A stretch of DNA of 45,324 nucleotides from Piromyces finnis finn (lineage: Eukaryota > Fungi > Neocallimastigomycota), in NCBI GenBank assembly GCA_002104945.1, contig MCFH01000110.1, forward strand, positions 1-45,324, in the 5' to 3' direction. The notes beneath the pieces are model-generated. The model worked only from the letters and a program-made list of their open reading frames with translations. It searched no databases and was not told the DNA's origin. Below are positions 26,899 through 40,154 of the stretch, one piece after another. A program made the position numbers and the translations under genes. Every line of letters begins with the position of its first letter. The stretch's first letter is position 1.

Positions 26899-29800
26899 TT
26901 AAATAGCAGATGAAAATGTTGAACAGGAAGCAATAGAAAAAGTTTCTGCAATTTCTTTAGAATTTTTATCCTTATCATCATCATATTCTTTCTGGAACCT
27001 TTTATTCATTTCTGCTTGAATCTTGACTAAAATATCTTCTTTTTCTTCTTCTTCTTCAAGAATAATATCATTTTGAAGATTATGAATTTTACTTGCAATA
27101 TTTTCATCTTTTATGTTAAATTCATTCAACTCTAATTCTGGTTCGTTATATAAATAATTTTCAGAAAAAATTGGCTTCTCATCTTTATCTTCTTCTTTAG
27201 ACTTTGAATTTATGGTTAATGCCTTATCTGGTTCTACATTAGTTTTTTTCTCTAAAATAATGGTACGATCGGCATCTGAATTTTCATTGTCATCTTCGTC
27301 ATCAAACGTTGCTGTATTACTATAGGCCTTATCCATGGTAGATTTTGATCTCATAACATTGATATTTTCATTTTCTTGACTAGTACCAATATTAATAGCA
27401 CTCTCAACTGTACGAGTACTGTTATTTCTATCTAAATTCTTCATATTTCTAAATTTACTTTCATTAATTTGTTGTTTATGACGTTTGGCGTGAGAAAGTG
27501 AAGCGGATCTTACAAGTTTTGTAGATCCGTTAATGGCTTGAATATAAGGTTTAATCGGTGAACCCTTCGGAGATAAAACGTGATTTGATATAACGTCTTC
27601 TTTTTCCTTATTTTCCTTGTTCTTTACTTCATTTCCCTCTTTTTCTTTTCCTTTTTCTTTTCCCGTTGTGGTCTTTTCATTTTCATTATTGTCTTCTTTT
27701 TCTTCATTGTATAAATACTTAGTTGGTACTTTTAATAAATTAAATAGTCTAGTTGAAATGGTAGTGTTATTATTTATATTATCTTCTTTCTTGTTTTCTT
27801 CTTTATTTTCTTCCGGTTTTTGAGTTGATTTTGATTTTACACTTGAAGTTTCATCGTTTGGTGAAGTTACCAGAGTTGTGGATTTTTCATCTTCTGGATT
27901 CTTGGCCTCTTCATTATTTTTACTAAAGACCTTGGTGACAATTTCACTGATAGATTTACCTTTTGCTTTATCTTTAGATTCCGCGAGAGCATCATCAATA
28001 CCTTTTTCTTCTGGTGGTTTTACTGCTTCTTTTTCATAATATTCCCTGTAATGATCCTCTGGGTATCTTGGTGAATTTATTTCTTCTGCCGAATTATCTT
28101 CTTCATCTTTTTCGGTTTCCTTTTTTTCTATTTGTTCAGTGTTATCATCATCCTGAGTTTCTTTTAATTTTTCTTCTTCTTTTTTGATTTTTTCTTTTCT
28201 TTTTTCACTTTCTATTTCTTTTTTAGCTCTAAGTTCAGCCTCGATTATACTTTTTCTGTTAGCCTTTAGGGTATTTACATGTTTTAAAACATTAAAGTTA
28301 TTATCATCAATATTGATTACCCTATTTCTTACTAATCTTGGATTGTTGAGTAAATATTTGGCACTAGGAATTGATGGTAAGTAGGGATTATATTCAATGT
28401 CATTAGCTGGAGCAGCTTCCTCTGTTTCATTATTTTCATTATTTTCCAAAGTATCATTAGCTAGTTCAGTAATAATTGCTTTACGATGATCTGATTTATT
28501 ATTTATTCCGTTACTACTCTTTTTAACTGAAAGTTTAATGTCTTTTCCTTCGACGTCCAATTCATCTGATATATTAAAGTTTATAATATTCGTATTATAG
28601 GCGTTGTCTTCTTCTTTATCCATTACATCGGAATCGTAATTGTTTTGGTCATCATCCTTTGATGGTTCCTTATTTTTATACTTATTATATTGGTTAATAA
28701 CTTGATTGTAATGATCATCTGGTTGAATAGTACTATAGCTAGTATCATTTGGATGATCATAAAAATCACTGTATTTAATTAAATTAGTTACTGAATAAAC
28801 AGAAGCTCTTTTATCGTCATTATTCATCGAATTTCTTTTGGGGCCGTCATCTTTAAGGTTATTTTTTGGTCTTGGTGGAATAACTATGCTATCATTACTG
28901 TCTGTTTCTTTTTTGTTTTCGTTGTTATTGGTGATATGATTATCATCTGTATCCTTATTATTATTGATAGCAGTTGTGGTTGTCGTAGTAGTAATTGTTG
29001 TTGCAGTTGTAGTTGTAGCATTATTGTTATCAACTTTATTAGTATTTTGATTTGCTAATTTTTTTAAACTATTTTCTCTTGCTCTTATGGCAGCATTATG
29101 AACTTCCTCTTGTCTGGATTTATTTAATGAGGCAGATAAGGAAGAAATTGAGCGTTTGCTAACAATCATCTGACCATTTTTTGTAATGTTATTCTTTAAT
29201 GGTGGCTTAGTAACAATATTAAATTTATTAATATTTTGATTCTTTTTATTCATTTCTTTTTCCTTTTCTTTTTGTTTTTCGATAGTATATTCAATGAAAG
29301 ATATTCTTCCAAAAGGATTATCCCAATTTTTTTTCATATAAGCTAATGGTCTTTGCATAGGTAATGCTGGTTGTTTAGGTTTTGATTTTTCCTCTTCATC
29401 CGAATCTTCAAAATGTCCCTTATAACGGGGATTATTAAATTTCTTTTCTCTTCCATTATTTTTTTCCTTTCCGTTAATTTCCACTTCCATTGAAGAAGGT
29501 CTTTCTTTTTCATCCTCTGATTTATCTGTGGTATTTTCTTCATCATCTGGAAGGTTAAAACTATCATCACTATATATGGAAGATGCATAGTCCTTTACTT
29601 TATTAAGATCTTCATTAGAATTTAAATATGTAAGACCAGAATTTTTATATTTTAACATTGGAGATTCTGTCATATAATTATAATTTGGTGTTTCATATAA
29701 TCTTGGACTTGTGACTGAATTTTGAACGGTTAAATCACTATTGTTGAATGAAAGTGTAGCATTTTGAAGGTTTTCTCTATATCTTTTTTTAGCTTTTTTT

Positions 29801-30225
29801 GCAACTCTTTTTTCTTTTAATTTTTTAACAAAATTTAGCCTTGAATGCTTTTTATTCATATTTGGATTATATTGTACAATTTCTTGATTTGTAGTTATTG
29901 AAGGAGAAGGAGGTTCAAATCTACTAAAATAATTTGATGTAGTATATTCTGAAAAAGAATCTTCATTTAAACTTTCTGTTGCATTATAACCTGAATCTGT
30001 TTTCGTATCATCATCCATTATTGAAAAACAATATTGTTCATCCACTTTTATTTTATCATTTTTTTTCTTTTTTACAATTTTTCCAAAAATTTTTTTAACT
30101 TTTTCAAAAGTTTTCTTTTTTTTAATATGATGTAATTGTTCCTCTTTATTACGAGCTTGTGAATATTTAATGGCATCATTAGGTGTTGCCACAATTACTG
30201 GATAACGAGTTGAAGTTGTATTCAT
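26899..30225 (-). CDS. Hypothetical 1108-aa low-complexity (N/K/E/D/S-rich) protein, intronless, no recognisable domain
   Basis: A 3.3-kb uninterrupted ORF in DNA where stop codons are frequent, with coding-like GC. Function not recognised. Confidence 0.82.
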   Translation of the reverse strand: MNTTSTRYPVIVATPNDAIKYSQARNKEEQLHHIKKKKTFEKVKKIFGKIVKKKKNDKIKVDEQYCFSIMDDDTKTDSGYNATESLNEDSFSEYTTSNYFSRFEPPSPSITTNQEIVQYNPNMNKKHSRLNFVKKLKEKRVAKKAKKRYRENLQNATLSFNNSDLTVQNSVTSPRLYETPNYNYMTESPMLKYKNSGLTYLNSNEDLNKVKDYASSIYSDDSFNLPDDEENTTDKSEDEKERPSSMEVEINGKEKNNGREKKFNNPRYKGHFEDSDEEEKSKPKQPALPMQRPLAYMKKNWDNPFGRISFIEYTIEKQKEKEKEMNKKNQNINKFNIVTKPPLKNNITKNGQMIVSKRSISSLSASLNKSRQEEVHNAAIRARENSLKKLANQNTNKVDNNNATTTTATTITTTTTTTAINNNKDTDDNHITNNNENKKETDSNDSIVIPPRPKNNLKDDGPKRNSMNNDDKRASVYSVTNLIKYSDFYDHPNDTSYSTIQPDDHYNQVINQYNKYKNKEPSKDDDQNNYDSDVMDKEEDNAYNTNIINFNISDELDVEGKDIKLSVKKSSNGINNKSDHRKAIITELANDTLENNENNETEEAAPANDIEYNPYLPSIPSAKYLLNNPRLVRNRVINIDDNNFNVLKHVNTLKANRKSIIEAELRAKKEIESEKRKEKIKKEEEKLKETQDDDNTEQIEKKETEKDEEDNSAEEINSPRYPEDHYREYYEKEAVKPPEEKGIDDALAESKDKAKGKSISEIVTKVFSKNNEEAKNPEDEKSTTLVTSPNDETSSVKSKSTQKPEENKEENKKEDNINNNTTISTRLFNLLKVPTKYLYNEEKEDNNENEKTTTGKEKGKEKEGNEVKNKENKEKEDVISNHVLSPKGSPIKPYIQAINGSTKLVRSASLSHAKRHKQQINESKFRNMKNLDRNNSTRTVESAINIGTSQENENINVMRSKSTMDKAYSNTATFDDEDDNENSDADRTIILEKKTNVEPDKALTINSKSKEEDKDEKPIFSENYLYNEPELELNEFNIKDENIASKIHNLQNDIILEEEEEKEDILVKIQAEMNKRFQKEYDDDKDKNSKEIAETFSIASCSTFSSAI

Positions 30226-31977
30226 CCTTAAAATTTATATCCTCTTTTCAAAAAAAAAAAATAAAAGTAAAAAATATTTGACTTAAATAATTTACATAGA
30301 TTAACTTATTATCTTAATTTTTCATAGTTTGATAAATACAATTTTTATAAATTAAACCCCTTTTTTTTAAAAAAAAAAAAAAATATGCCTATATATATAA
30401 CAATTATTATTACTTTAGTTTTGTTACTACTATAACTATTATATTTCTTTTATATAAGGTTTAAATTTATATACATTAAAAATAAAATATTATATTGTTT
30501 TATTTTATATGATTTTATATAGTTTACCTTTTTTTCCAACCTAATAAAAAAAAATATTGAAATTATAGTTTATTTGATTATGAAATGAACAAAGGGTTGA
30601 ATAAATAAATGGATTTAAATAAGTACGAATTGAAATGTATTTTTTATTATTTTATTGTTGTTGTCGTTGTTATTTATCTTTTATAGTATGTCTAATTAAT
30701 GATTTTATGATTATATTATCAGTTTAAGTTTAGTTTGATATTTTGATATATATTTTAAAATAAGATATTATGATATATCTATGATATTCTCTATAAAATA
30801 AACAATTAAGTATTTCTTTTTAATTATAATACGTAAAGTACTTGTTTTCTTTTTTCCTAATATATTTTATCGTTTAAAAAGTACACTTTTAGAGTTTATT
30901 TACTTAAATTATAGAACATGATTAAAAAAAAAAAGAAAAATTGCTTAAATTATACTTTTTGAAATTTATTATAATTTTTTTAAAAAAAAAAAAATTTCAT
31001 TTGTTTTAAAAAAATTTTGTAATAATAAAAAAAAAACAAAAAGTTTAAATTTATAATTATGAAATCAAATTTGTTCAAGAAATAAAAAATTAATATTAAA
31101 TTGATGTATTATATAATAATATATTTAAATATATATCAAAATATATTTAATTTGAAATTTTAATTTGAAATTATTATTTATTCCTTTTTTTTATTATAAT
31201 AAAAAAATTATATTATTTTTTTCTCTATATTAGAATATATTGTAATATATCATAATAATAGAAATTTAATTTTAAAATATTTTTTTATGATGGAAATGAT
31301 AAATAAAAAACTATTGATATATATATTGTAATGTAAATATTATATATTATTTAATACTATAATATATGTATTTTATTGAATAAAGGTTTCATCTTAAAAT
31401 TACCAAATTTTTATTTTAAACCTCTTCCATTTCTGTATTTTATATTAAAAGAATAAAATAATATATATTATACATATAATTAATATATTATTCAATAGAT
31501 TTTAATATATATAAATTAATGATTAAAAAAACTTTTGTAATACAAACTTTAAACATCAATGAAAATCTTTATTTCTATATTACAATACATTATTGTTGAA
31601 ATGTAGTACATTTACATCAAATAAGCCAATAATATTTTAAATTATACACTTTTGTACAATCTGTAAAAAAATTAAACAATGACTTAATAAAGGTATATTT
31701 TAGTATAAAAAAAACTAAAAAATGAATGGTGAAGTCAGTTAAGAAAAATGTTTATTTTCTTTAAATAATAGTTTAAAAGTAGTGTTTTAACGTTATTTAA
31801 TTATTTAAATTATTTCTAACCCTTTTTTCTTTTGTTTATATATTAATAAATGCTATAAATGCTATAAATGCTTTAGTAAAAAAAAATAGTGCCAATATTT
31901 ATTTTTATAAAAAAAAATGAATCATAGTTTATTTGTTATTGTTCCAATACTTTAAAATTTTAATCTTTAATTAAATG

Positions 31978-31990
31978 TACACGTGATATA
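31978..31990. promoter_or_regulatory. E-box TACACGTGATATA in the orphan/PP2C divergent intergenic region
   Basis: Identical to 8925-8937. Function is inferred. Confidence 0.4.
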
Positions 31991-34441
31991 TATTGTGATA
32001 ATCATTAGTTTTGTGAATAGAAATTTTTATTATAAATAAATTTATTGTCAATAATAAAAAAGGGAATCCATTCAATTAATTATAACTATTAATTCTATTT
32101 ACTATTTATATATATATTTTTTTAGGAAAAATGCATGAATGGTTGAGGAATAACATTATGATCGGGCATTAACTTACATATTGACTTTAATTTATGCTGC
32201 ATTTTTTTTTTTTATTTTCATATGCATTAAATTTAAACTTTGCATAAAGTTTTGCATCCACAATTTATTATGATTATGGGAAAATATAATTAAATATTAT
32301 TAATTTATATTTATTCATTTATTTAATTAAATAATTTATTTATTTATTTATATTCATATTTATTCATTTAAATAATTTACTCATATATTTATACATTTAA
32401 TTAATTAAACAGTTTATTTAGTTAAATAATTTTTCTATCGCTAATTATATATTTATATTTATTTATTTATATATTTATTCGTCCATTTATTTACTAGTTC
32501 ATCTATAATAAAGTATAATACATCAAAAATTAAATCTTTTTTTTTTTTCTTGTATGGTACATTTTAATTTATTATATTATAATAATAATATGAATCGTTA
32601 TTATTATTCATTACATTCCTATTATTTTATTTGTTGTAGTGGTATAATAAAGAAAATAAATCAAGCTGAGAAAGTATAAAAAAAAAGAAAGGATAAAAAT
32701 AGAATGAAATCCATACTTTAATGAAAAAATTATAGAGTATAGTATATATGATGGATGTAAATAATTATAAATAATTCATTTTTCATAAATATTATTCCTT
32801 TAAAAAAAAAAAGCATGTATTTTAATATTCTAATGATAACAAGGAATTAAAGTTCGTTATATTTCTCAAAAAAAATTTTTTTATTATTAATTAAACTTTT
32901 AAAGTTTTATAAATTTAAAAAAATATGTTAGAGTTTGCAATTTAAAAGATTATGAAAGCACATAGAATCAAATTTTTTTTAAAAAAAAAAAACTGTTAAG
33001 TTGGTATGAAAATAAAAAAGAAAATAAGAAAACTTTGTAAAACATAATATTATTATTTGTTTTTTTATATAATTAAATGGTTATATGATAATGTATCATT
33101 CATTCCTCTATCTATGTTTGATGATATTTTTTGGTATATTATATATATATAATAAAATTTAATATTTAAAAAAATAAATTATTTTAATTACTATTAATTA
33201 TTAATTATTAAAATTATAAAACTAAAAATTTAATAATAGAAAAGTTTAAAAAAAATTTAATTTTTATTTTTATCTTTTTAAATATTTTTATTTTTCTCAA
33301 ATAAATGAGAAAATATTTTAAATTTTATTTTTAAAAGATTATTTATTTTTAATTATTATCGATGAAATAAAAGAAAGAAATAGGACAAAATAAATAAAAA
33401 AAAAGAATAATAAAAAGTGTTATTCTTGAAAGACTATTTATTTATATTAAAAACAAAAACAAAAAAAAAAACCTATTTATTGTTCAAAAAAAAAAAAAAA
33501 TTCAAAAGAAAAAAAGTAAATGTTTCTTTTTTATAATTGATTTATCTATTCATACCTTTTTTATTTATTTATTTTTTTGATAAATCTATTAAATTTTATA
33601 TATATATAAAAGAAAAAAAGAAAAAATTATATAAAAAAAGAATCAATCATAATATTAATATTAATAATAATAGTTCATTAATTTTGATAATTAAATTTGC
33701 TAAGCCAATTAATATTTATAATTCGAAAGTAAATTAAAAAAAGTTTTACATAATACTAATACTATTTTCTTTTATTGTCAAACATTATATATATATATAT
33801 TTATATAAATTAATATGCTTGAATAAAACAAACATTACAAATTCAATTATTTTATAAACAATAACTCTCAATAATACTATATTGCAAAATAAAATGTCAA
33901 TTCAAAAATAAATAGTTATGCCCACATATAGATAAAAAGTTCAAATAAAAAATAACAATAATAACAATAATATATTATATACTATCTTTTTTTTCGGTTA
34001 ATTAAACAATTTTTAAAAAAAATTATTAAAATCATAGACTTTCTATTTTTAATTAGCGCTTTTAAACAAATAATATTTTAGTTTAAACTTTTTGATTATA
34101 AAATATAATAAATAAATACTAGTCACTCTATAATATTTTTTTTACAACTTTTCTTTTATATACTAAATAGATAGTAATAAATAAATAAAAAATACACTAT
34201 TTATTTTTTGTCAAATTTTAGTCATATTATAATAAAAATATTAAAAATTAATAAAATACATATAGTATTATTCAGTCACTGTAAATAAAAATATAAAAAG
34301 TTTTAATAGAGGAAAACACAAAAATATTAATAATACTACATATTTTAAACAATTTTTGATATTTCAAATAAATTACAAAAAACTTTAAAAGCCCTTTTTT
34401 TTCGATAAAAATAGAAAAATAAAAACAAATAATATATAAAA

Positions 34442-36197
34442 ATGAGTGGAAAAGAAATGGTTTTAAAATATGGTTCTAGTTCTGGTATTTTTTTTTTCCT
34501 AAATAAAAATAAATATATATATATAGTGCAAATATAATATTTAAAAAAATGAGGGTTTATATTAATATTAACTTTTTTATTTTCACTAAAAAAAAAAAAA
34601 AAAAAAAAAAGACTGTGGAAGAAGACCATACCAACAAGATGACTATTTAATCATTACTAATTTATTTGGTTTGAAAAATGCACATTTATTCGCTGTATTC
34701 GATGGTCATGGTAAATTAAAATTCATAAAATGATATAAATTATATTGCTATTAAAGGCTAATGTTTTAATTTATATTAATATATAAACTAATAAAGGTGA
34801 TGATGGTGCTAAAGCATCACAATATATAAAGAAAATTTTACCAGATTTTCTTAATAAATATCAAAGTAAATTTCTTCAAGATTCTGTAGCTACTTTAAAT
34901 ACAATTTATGACGAAATGGCAGATATGCTATGTGAAAATGAAGATATTGATACATACATTTCAGGTACTACGGCAGTAATTGCTATTTTCTATGATAACA
35001 AATTAATTATTTCTAATGTTGGGGATAGTCGTGTGGTTGTTGGTATTGAAGACGAAAAAGGAAATATTACAGCAAAACAAATGACAGTGTAAATATTAAG
35101 CATGAACTATATTAATATTATGTTTTAAATTTTATTTATTTTATTCACATATATCAAAAAAAAAAAAAAAAGATTATATATATTAATGGATCATATTTTT
35201 TTAATATAAATAATAGTGACCATAACTGCTATAACAAGGAAGAATATGATAGAATTATATCAAAGGGAGGAAGAGTCGAAGCACTTCAATTTGGAGAAGA
35301 ATCATTTGGTAAAACTGATGAACCGTTATATAAAAAAATATATAGTATAAAACAGTTTTTTTATTAATTTTTTTTTGTTTTATTTTATTTTTTAATTTTT
35401 TTTTTCTATTAAAGAAAATTAAGTAGATATATATAATTGTTAATTTTTTAATTATTCATATTATATATCAGTGCTTTTATTTTTTTTTAAGGATTAAAAA
35501 GAAAAGAGAGAAATAAAATAAAATAAAAAAATAACAATTTTGTTATTTCTTTATAGTTATTTTGTTGTTTTTAATATAGAATATAGTAATAATGATTTTT
35601 TAAGAATTTTATTTTATATTTTATTTATTGATTTATCCTTTTGGTTTAATTATCTAAAAAAAAAAAAATTTTTTTTTATTCTCTTTTATTAAATAAGAAT
35701 AAATAGAATTAATATATATTCTCATTTTATTTATCAAAATATAAATAGGTCCATTAAGAATCTTTAAAGGTTCACTTCCATATCCAGGGTAAATTTTTAT
35801 TTTTAAATATTTTTAATATATATTCAAATAAAAATTATTTCAATAACAACAACATCAACAACAACAACAACAACGATAATAATAATAATAATTTTTAAAA
35901 ATATTTAGATTGGTTGTAAGTCGATCATTAGGAGATGAAGTTGCCAGAAGATTAGGTGTTATTTCAAAACCTGATATTAAAATATTAGAAATAGATGATA
36001 AATTAAAATTCTGTGTATTAGCAACAGATGGTGTATGGGATGGACTTTCAAACGAAGAAGTTGTTGAAATTGTTCATGCTAATATGGATAATCCACAAAG
36101 AGCAAGTGAGCAAGTTACTCAAGGTAGTTTAGATGGAATGGATAAATTACAAATCGATGACAATACTACAAATGTTTGTGTAGTACTTTCTCAATAA
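34442..36197 (+). CDS. PPM/PP2C-family Ser/Thr protein phosphatase, 6 exons: 34442-34484, 34612-34710, 34797-35088, 35217-35308, 35749-35788, 35909-36197
   Basis: Motifs GRRPYQQD, LFAVFDGHG, SGTTAV, SNVGDSR, TVDH, GLVVSRSLGD, VLATDGVWD and DDNTT. All introns are in phase. Confidence 0.94.
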
Positions 36198-36413
36198 ATA
36201 AAAAAAAAAGTAATCGGGAAACAATATAAATATTTTTTTTTATAAAAAAAACATAATTAAAATGAATCTTCTATTTTGTTTTCTAAATAAAGGGAGGAAA
36301 AGCATATTAAAAAAATAAATATCAAAAATTAGAAAAAGAAATACATATATGTTATCACATCTAAAATATATAATATATATAATATTAATTTCATTTGTTT
36401 TAGAATATGAATT

Positions 36414-36446
<33 letters not shown>

Positions 36447-36717
36447 ATTTGTTAGAAAATGAATCAACAATTAAATTAGTATTATGATATATTAATCATT
36501 TTTACATATATTGAAGTATCACTTCAATAAAGATATACAAAAATATATAATATATATATAACCTAATAATATATATAACATATAACAGAAAACAAATAAA
36601 ATAAGGCTTAAATTCTAAAGAATAATATTCACAATAACAATAATATATATAAAACATCAAAAAAAAAAAAAAAGTAAAAAATATAAATATCAATATCAAA
36701 AATTAACCAGGTTATCT

Positions 36718-36781
<64 letters not shown>

Positions 36782-37188
36782 AAAAGTAAAAAAATAACTA
36801 ACAAAAAAATAACAAAAAATAATAATATATTTAATAGTTTTTTTTTCTAATTATTAAAAAAAAAGATCAAAAAATTAAAAAAATTAATAAAAGAAAAATT
36901 AAAAAAAGTTTAAATTTAACTAGTCTTGAATGTTTCATTTTAGTTTTGTGTAACATTAATTTAAAAATTAACTTTTTTAGAAAAACAATCAAAGGTTATA
37001 TATATTACGATAAAAGAAAGTCAAATAAGCTTTTTATGAATAGAAATGGTTTTTAGGTATAAAATAGTAAAATTGGGTTATCAATATTATTTATTATTTC
37101 CAAATTTAAATTATTTTTTATATATACAATTAATAACGATTTTTAATATTTGTTAATGTTTTTTTTTTTTTTTATTTTATTATTATTA

Positions 37189-37303
37189 TTATTCTATTTG
37201 ATTCATTTCGTTTTGTTTTTCTTCTAATTCCTTTTCCAATGCATGCAGTTGATCGACGAAACGTTTCTGTAAAATGATAATAAAAAATATACATATATAC
37301 ATA

Positions 37304-37348
<45 letters not shown>

Positions 37349-39201
37349 GTAAGTCATTCATATAATATCAAATTTTATAATATATATATTATTTAATAAA
37401 ATTACCTTCATAATTTGGTTACCAACAACAGATTTAATTTGTTCATTCTTTTCTTCAATCTTAGCCTCTAATTCATCAATTTCTTCTTGAATTAATTCAC
37501 GTTTTTGTTGTAATGATTCCTCTGCAAAGTATAAATGGAATATTATAAAAAAAAAAAAATATCAAATGGAAAAATTAAATGAATAACATTTTTTTTAAAA
37601 AAAAAAAAATATATATATATATATATATGTATGTAACGTAGTATATATGTATTTAATTAAATATTATAATTTTACCTTGATCATCTTCTTCTTCATCTCC
37701 CTCATCACCTTCTTCATCTCCTTCACCATCTTCATCTCCTTCATCACCATCACCATCACCTTCATCATCACCAGAAGCTTCTTCTTCTGAATCTTCATCT
37801 TCATTATCATCGTTTTGATCTAATTGTTGTTCAATATCAGCAGCAAGACTTTCTTCATCTAAATCTAAGTTATCCATATCCATATCAGCATCTCCTTCAA
37901 CTTCACCTTCCATTTCTTCCTCTCCTTCACTTGTAGGTCCAGGAGTACCAATATCTGATTCTTCTTGAATTTTATCTGGCATATTAAGACCAAAGTCTTT
38001 TTTTTTTTTTTTTACAAACACACATACAAATAATAATAATAATAATAAGAATTATAATAAGTTTTAAAATATATATTAATGATTAATGATATTTGACTAT
38101 TCATTTTTTATATCCGTTTTTTTTTTTTTTTTTTTAAATTACCATAAGTTACATCTTCTGCATTAGCATCATCTTGTAATAATCTTTCAACTTCACGTTC
38201 TACATCTTCAATAACCTATAAATAATAATATTTATATAAGTAATTAATAAATTCAAATAATTATTTCTATATATATTGAAATTAAAAAAAAGTTTTTTTT
38301 TTATAAAATAAATTATTGTTAAAAACTAACTCTTTTTGACATTCTTTTTCTAAATCTTCTTTTTCTGACATATTTTAATGGAGCTGATATTCCATGAGGA
38401 TAGGAATAATCAATATCTAAATCTTTCTCTTTTGTTGCTATTAAAATCTTTTTATCATGATGATGATGAAAAATAGTAATTATTATAAAAGTATTATAAT
38501 TGATTTATAATTATAAACATTTTCAAGGCTATTAAATTTAAATTTATAAATTATTTAAATATACGTATATTGACATACTTGACTGATATCTGCAATTTTA
38601 TAAAATTGTTTTCTATCCAGTGTTTTCTGACTTTCTATAATACACGGCAAATCTACAAGTTTTGCATTATAATTTTCATTCTCCCAATGAATTGTTGCAT
38701 GTCGTGAATCTTTTTCAACAGTGTTGTAAAATAGTTATTTAATAATATTGAGTTAAAATGTTAAAAAAAAATAAAAAAAAAAAAAAAAAAGAAAAAGAAA
38801 ATGAAAAATGAAAAATATTGTTAATAAATTCATTTAAATTCATTTAAAATTAGATGAAATTTCTTTGTGGTTAAATTCTTTTAGTTTTATTTTAATTATT
38901 ATTTTCAAATTTTATTTTATCACTAGTTATATTTATATATAAATTAATATTCTATACCTGAAAAAGTTATTTTAAATTCTTCTGGTACTTCTCTTTCCTG
39001 TATTGCTTGTCTTAAACGATCATTGGCATCACCTTCTGGCATTCTTAATAAAAATTGTTCCTCATAGTGAATATTATTCTCATCGTCATCTTTATCTTGA
39101 TTATCTGCATTACCTCTTTTTAATAATATCCTTTTAACAGGTATTTTTCTATTAATATCATTTTCTGCTGCTATTCTTGCCTTTAACTTTTTTGTTGCCA
39201 T
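37189..39201 (-). CDS. TAF7: TFIID subunit TAF7, 7 exons: 39201-38958, 38709-38579, 38447-38331, 38215-38143, 37996-37676, 37521-37406, 37266-37189
   Basis: TAFII55_N motifs EEQFLLRMP, AKLVDLPCIIESQKTLD...YKIADISQ and YPHGISAPLKYVRKRRFRK, then an acidic tract and a C-terminal coiled coil (NQIMKKRF). Confidence 0.94.
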
Positions 39202-40154
39202 TTTCTCTTTTTACAACTTTATATTACAAGTTTTATTATCTTATTATAAATATATTTTGTTTTGTTTTGTGGTATATATAATACTATCGATAGAATAATT
39301 ATATTATTATAAAAGTAAATATTGATAATTTTAAAATTTTACAATAAAAGCTTTTGTAAATAACAGTAATGTGGGAATGTGGAGGAGGAGGAAAATCTCT
39401 AAAAAATAAAAAAAAATGGTATTATGTAATTTATGTAATTTTATTTGAAATACTTTCTTTAATTAATATCATTAAATGAATAAAATAAAAATTAAATATG
39501 AAAAATAGTTATTGATTTTATATGAATAAATATGTTGTTCCTTTTTTCTTTATATAAATATATTCCTTTTTTATTTATCTATTTATTAATAATAAATATA
39601 AATAAATGATTTTATGTTTTTAAATTAAAAATGTTAACTTTATATAATTAGAATTTTTTTTAAAAAAAAAAAAAGTGTATTATTCATTGGTGTATTGTAT
39701 TGGTAATGATAGTTTTATAACACTTGGTATATAATTTAGGTGTTTTTTTATAAAAGTATCTATGAGTATGAATAAATATTATTTTGTTATCTTTTATATA
39801 TATTTTTTTATATATATTTTTATATCTTTAATACACCTCTATAACTTTGTTGTAAATTCATAGTAAAGCTGATATTTCCCATTATATTTTTTCATATCTA
39901 CTACATTTTGACATGAAAAAACTTATTGTGATTGGTTTATTTCAAATAAAATCATTTATTTGAAATATTTAAAAAAAAAATTTTAGTTATTATAGTTTAT
40001 TAAAAAAAAAAAATAAACTTGTAGTAGTTGTTCCTTCTGAACTTTGATATAGCTCTTAATATTTAGTTTCATTATTATTTCATTAATAGTTTAATACCTT
40101 TACTTTTTTTTAACTGGGTAGTAAATAAAGTAGTAAAGTAATATATTTGTTAAA

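Noticed and set aside
34612-34645. PP2C motif 1 reads RPYQQD instead of RxxxED
   Set aside because: Gln at this position is common in the PPM family and the metal-binding Asp residues are all present.
36724-36771. Very long poly(A)/poly(T) runs (e.g. 36724-36771, 16218-16263) as retroposon tails
   Set aside because: Such runs occur throughout the window, including inside introns, with no adjacent element body or target-site duplication.
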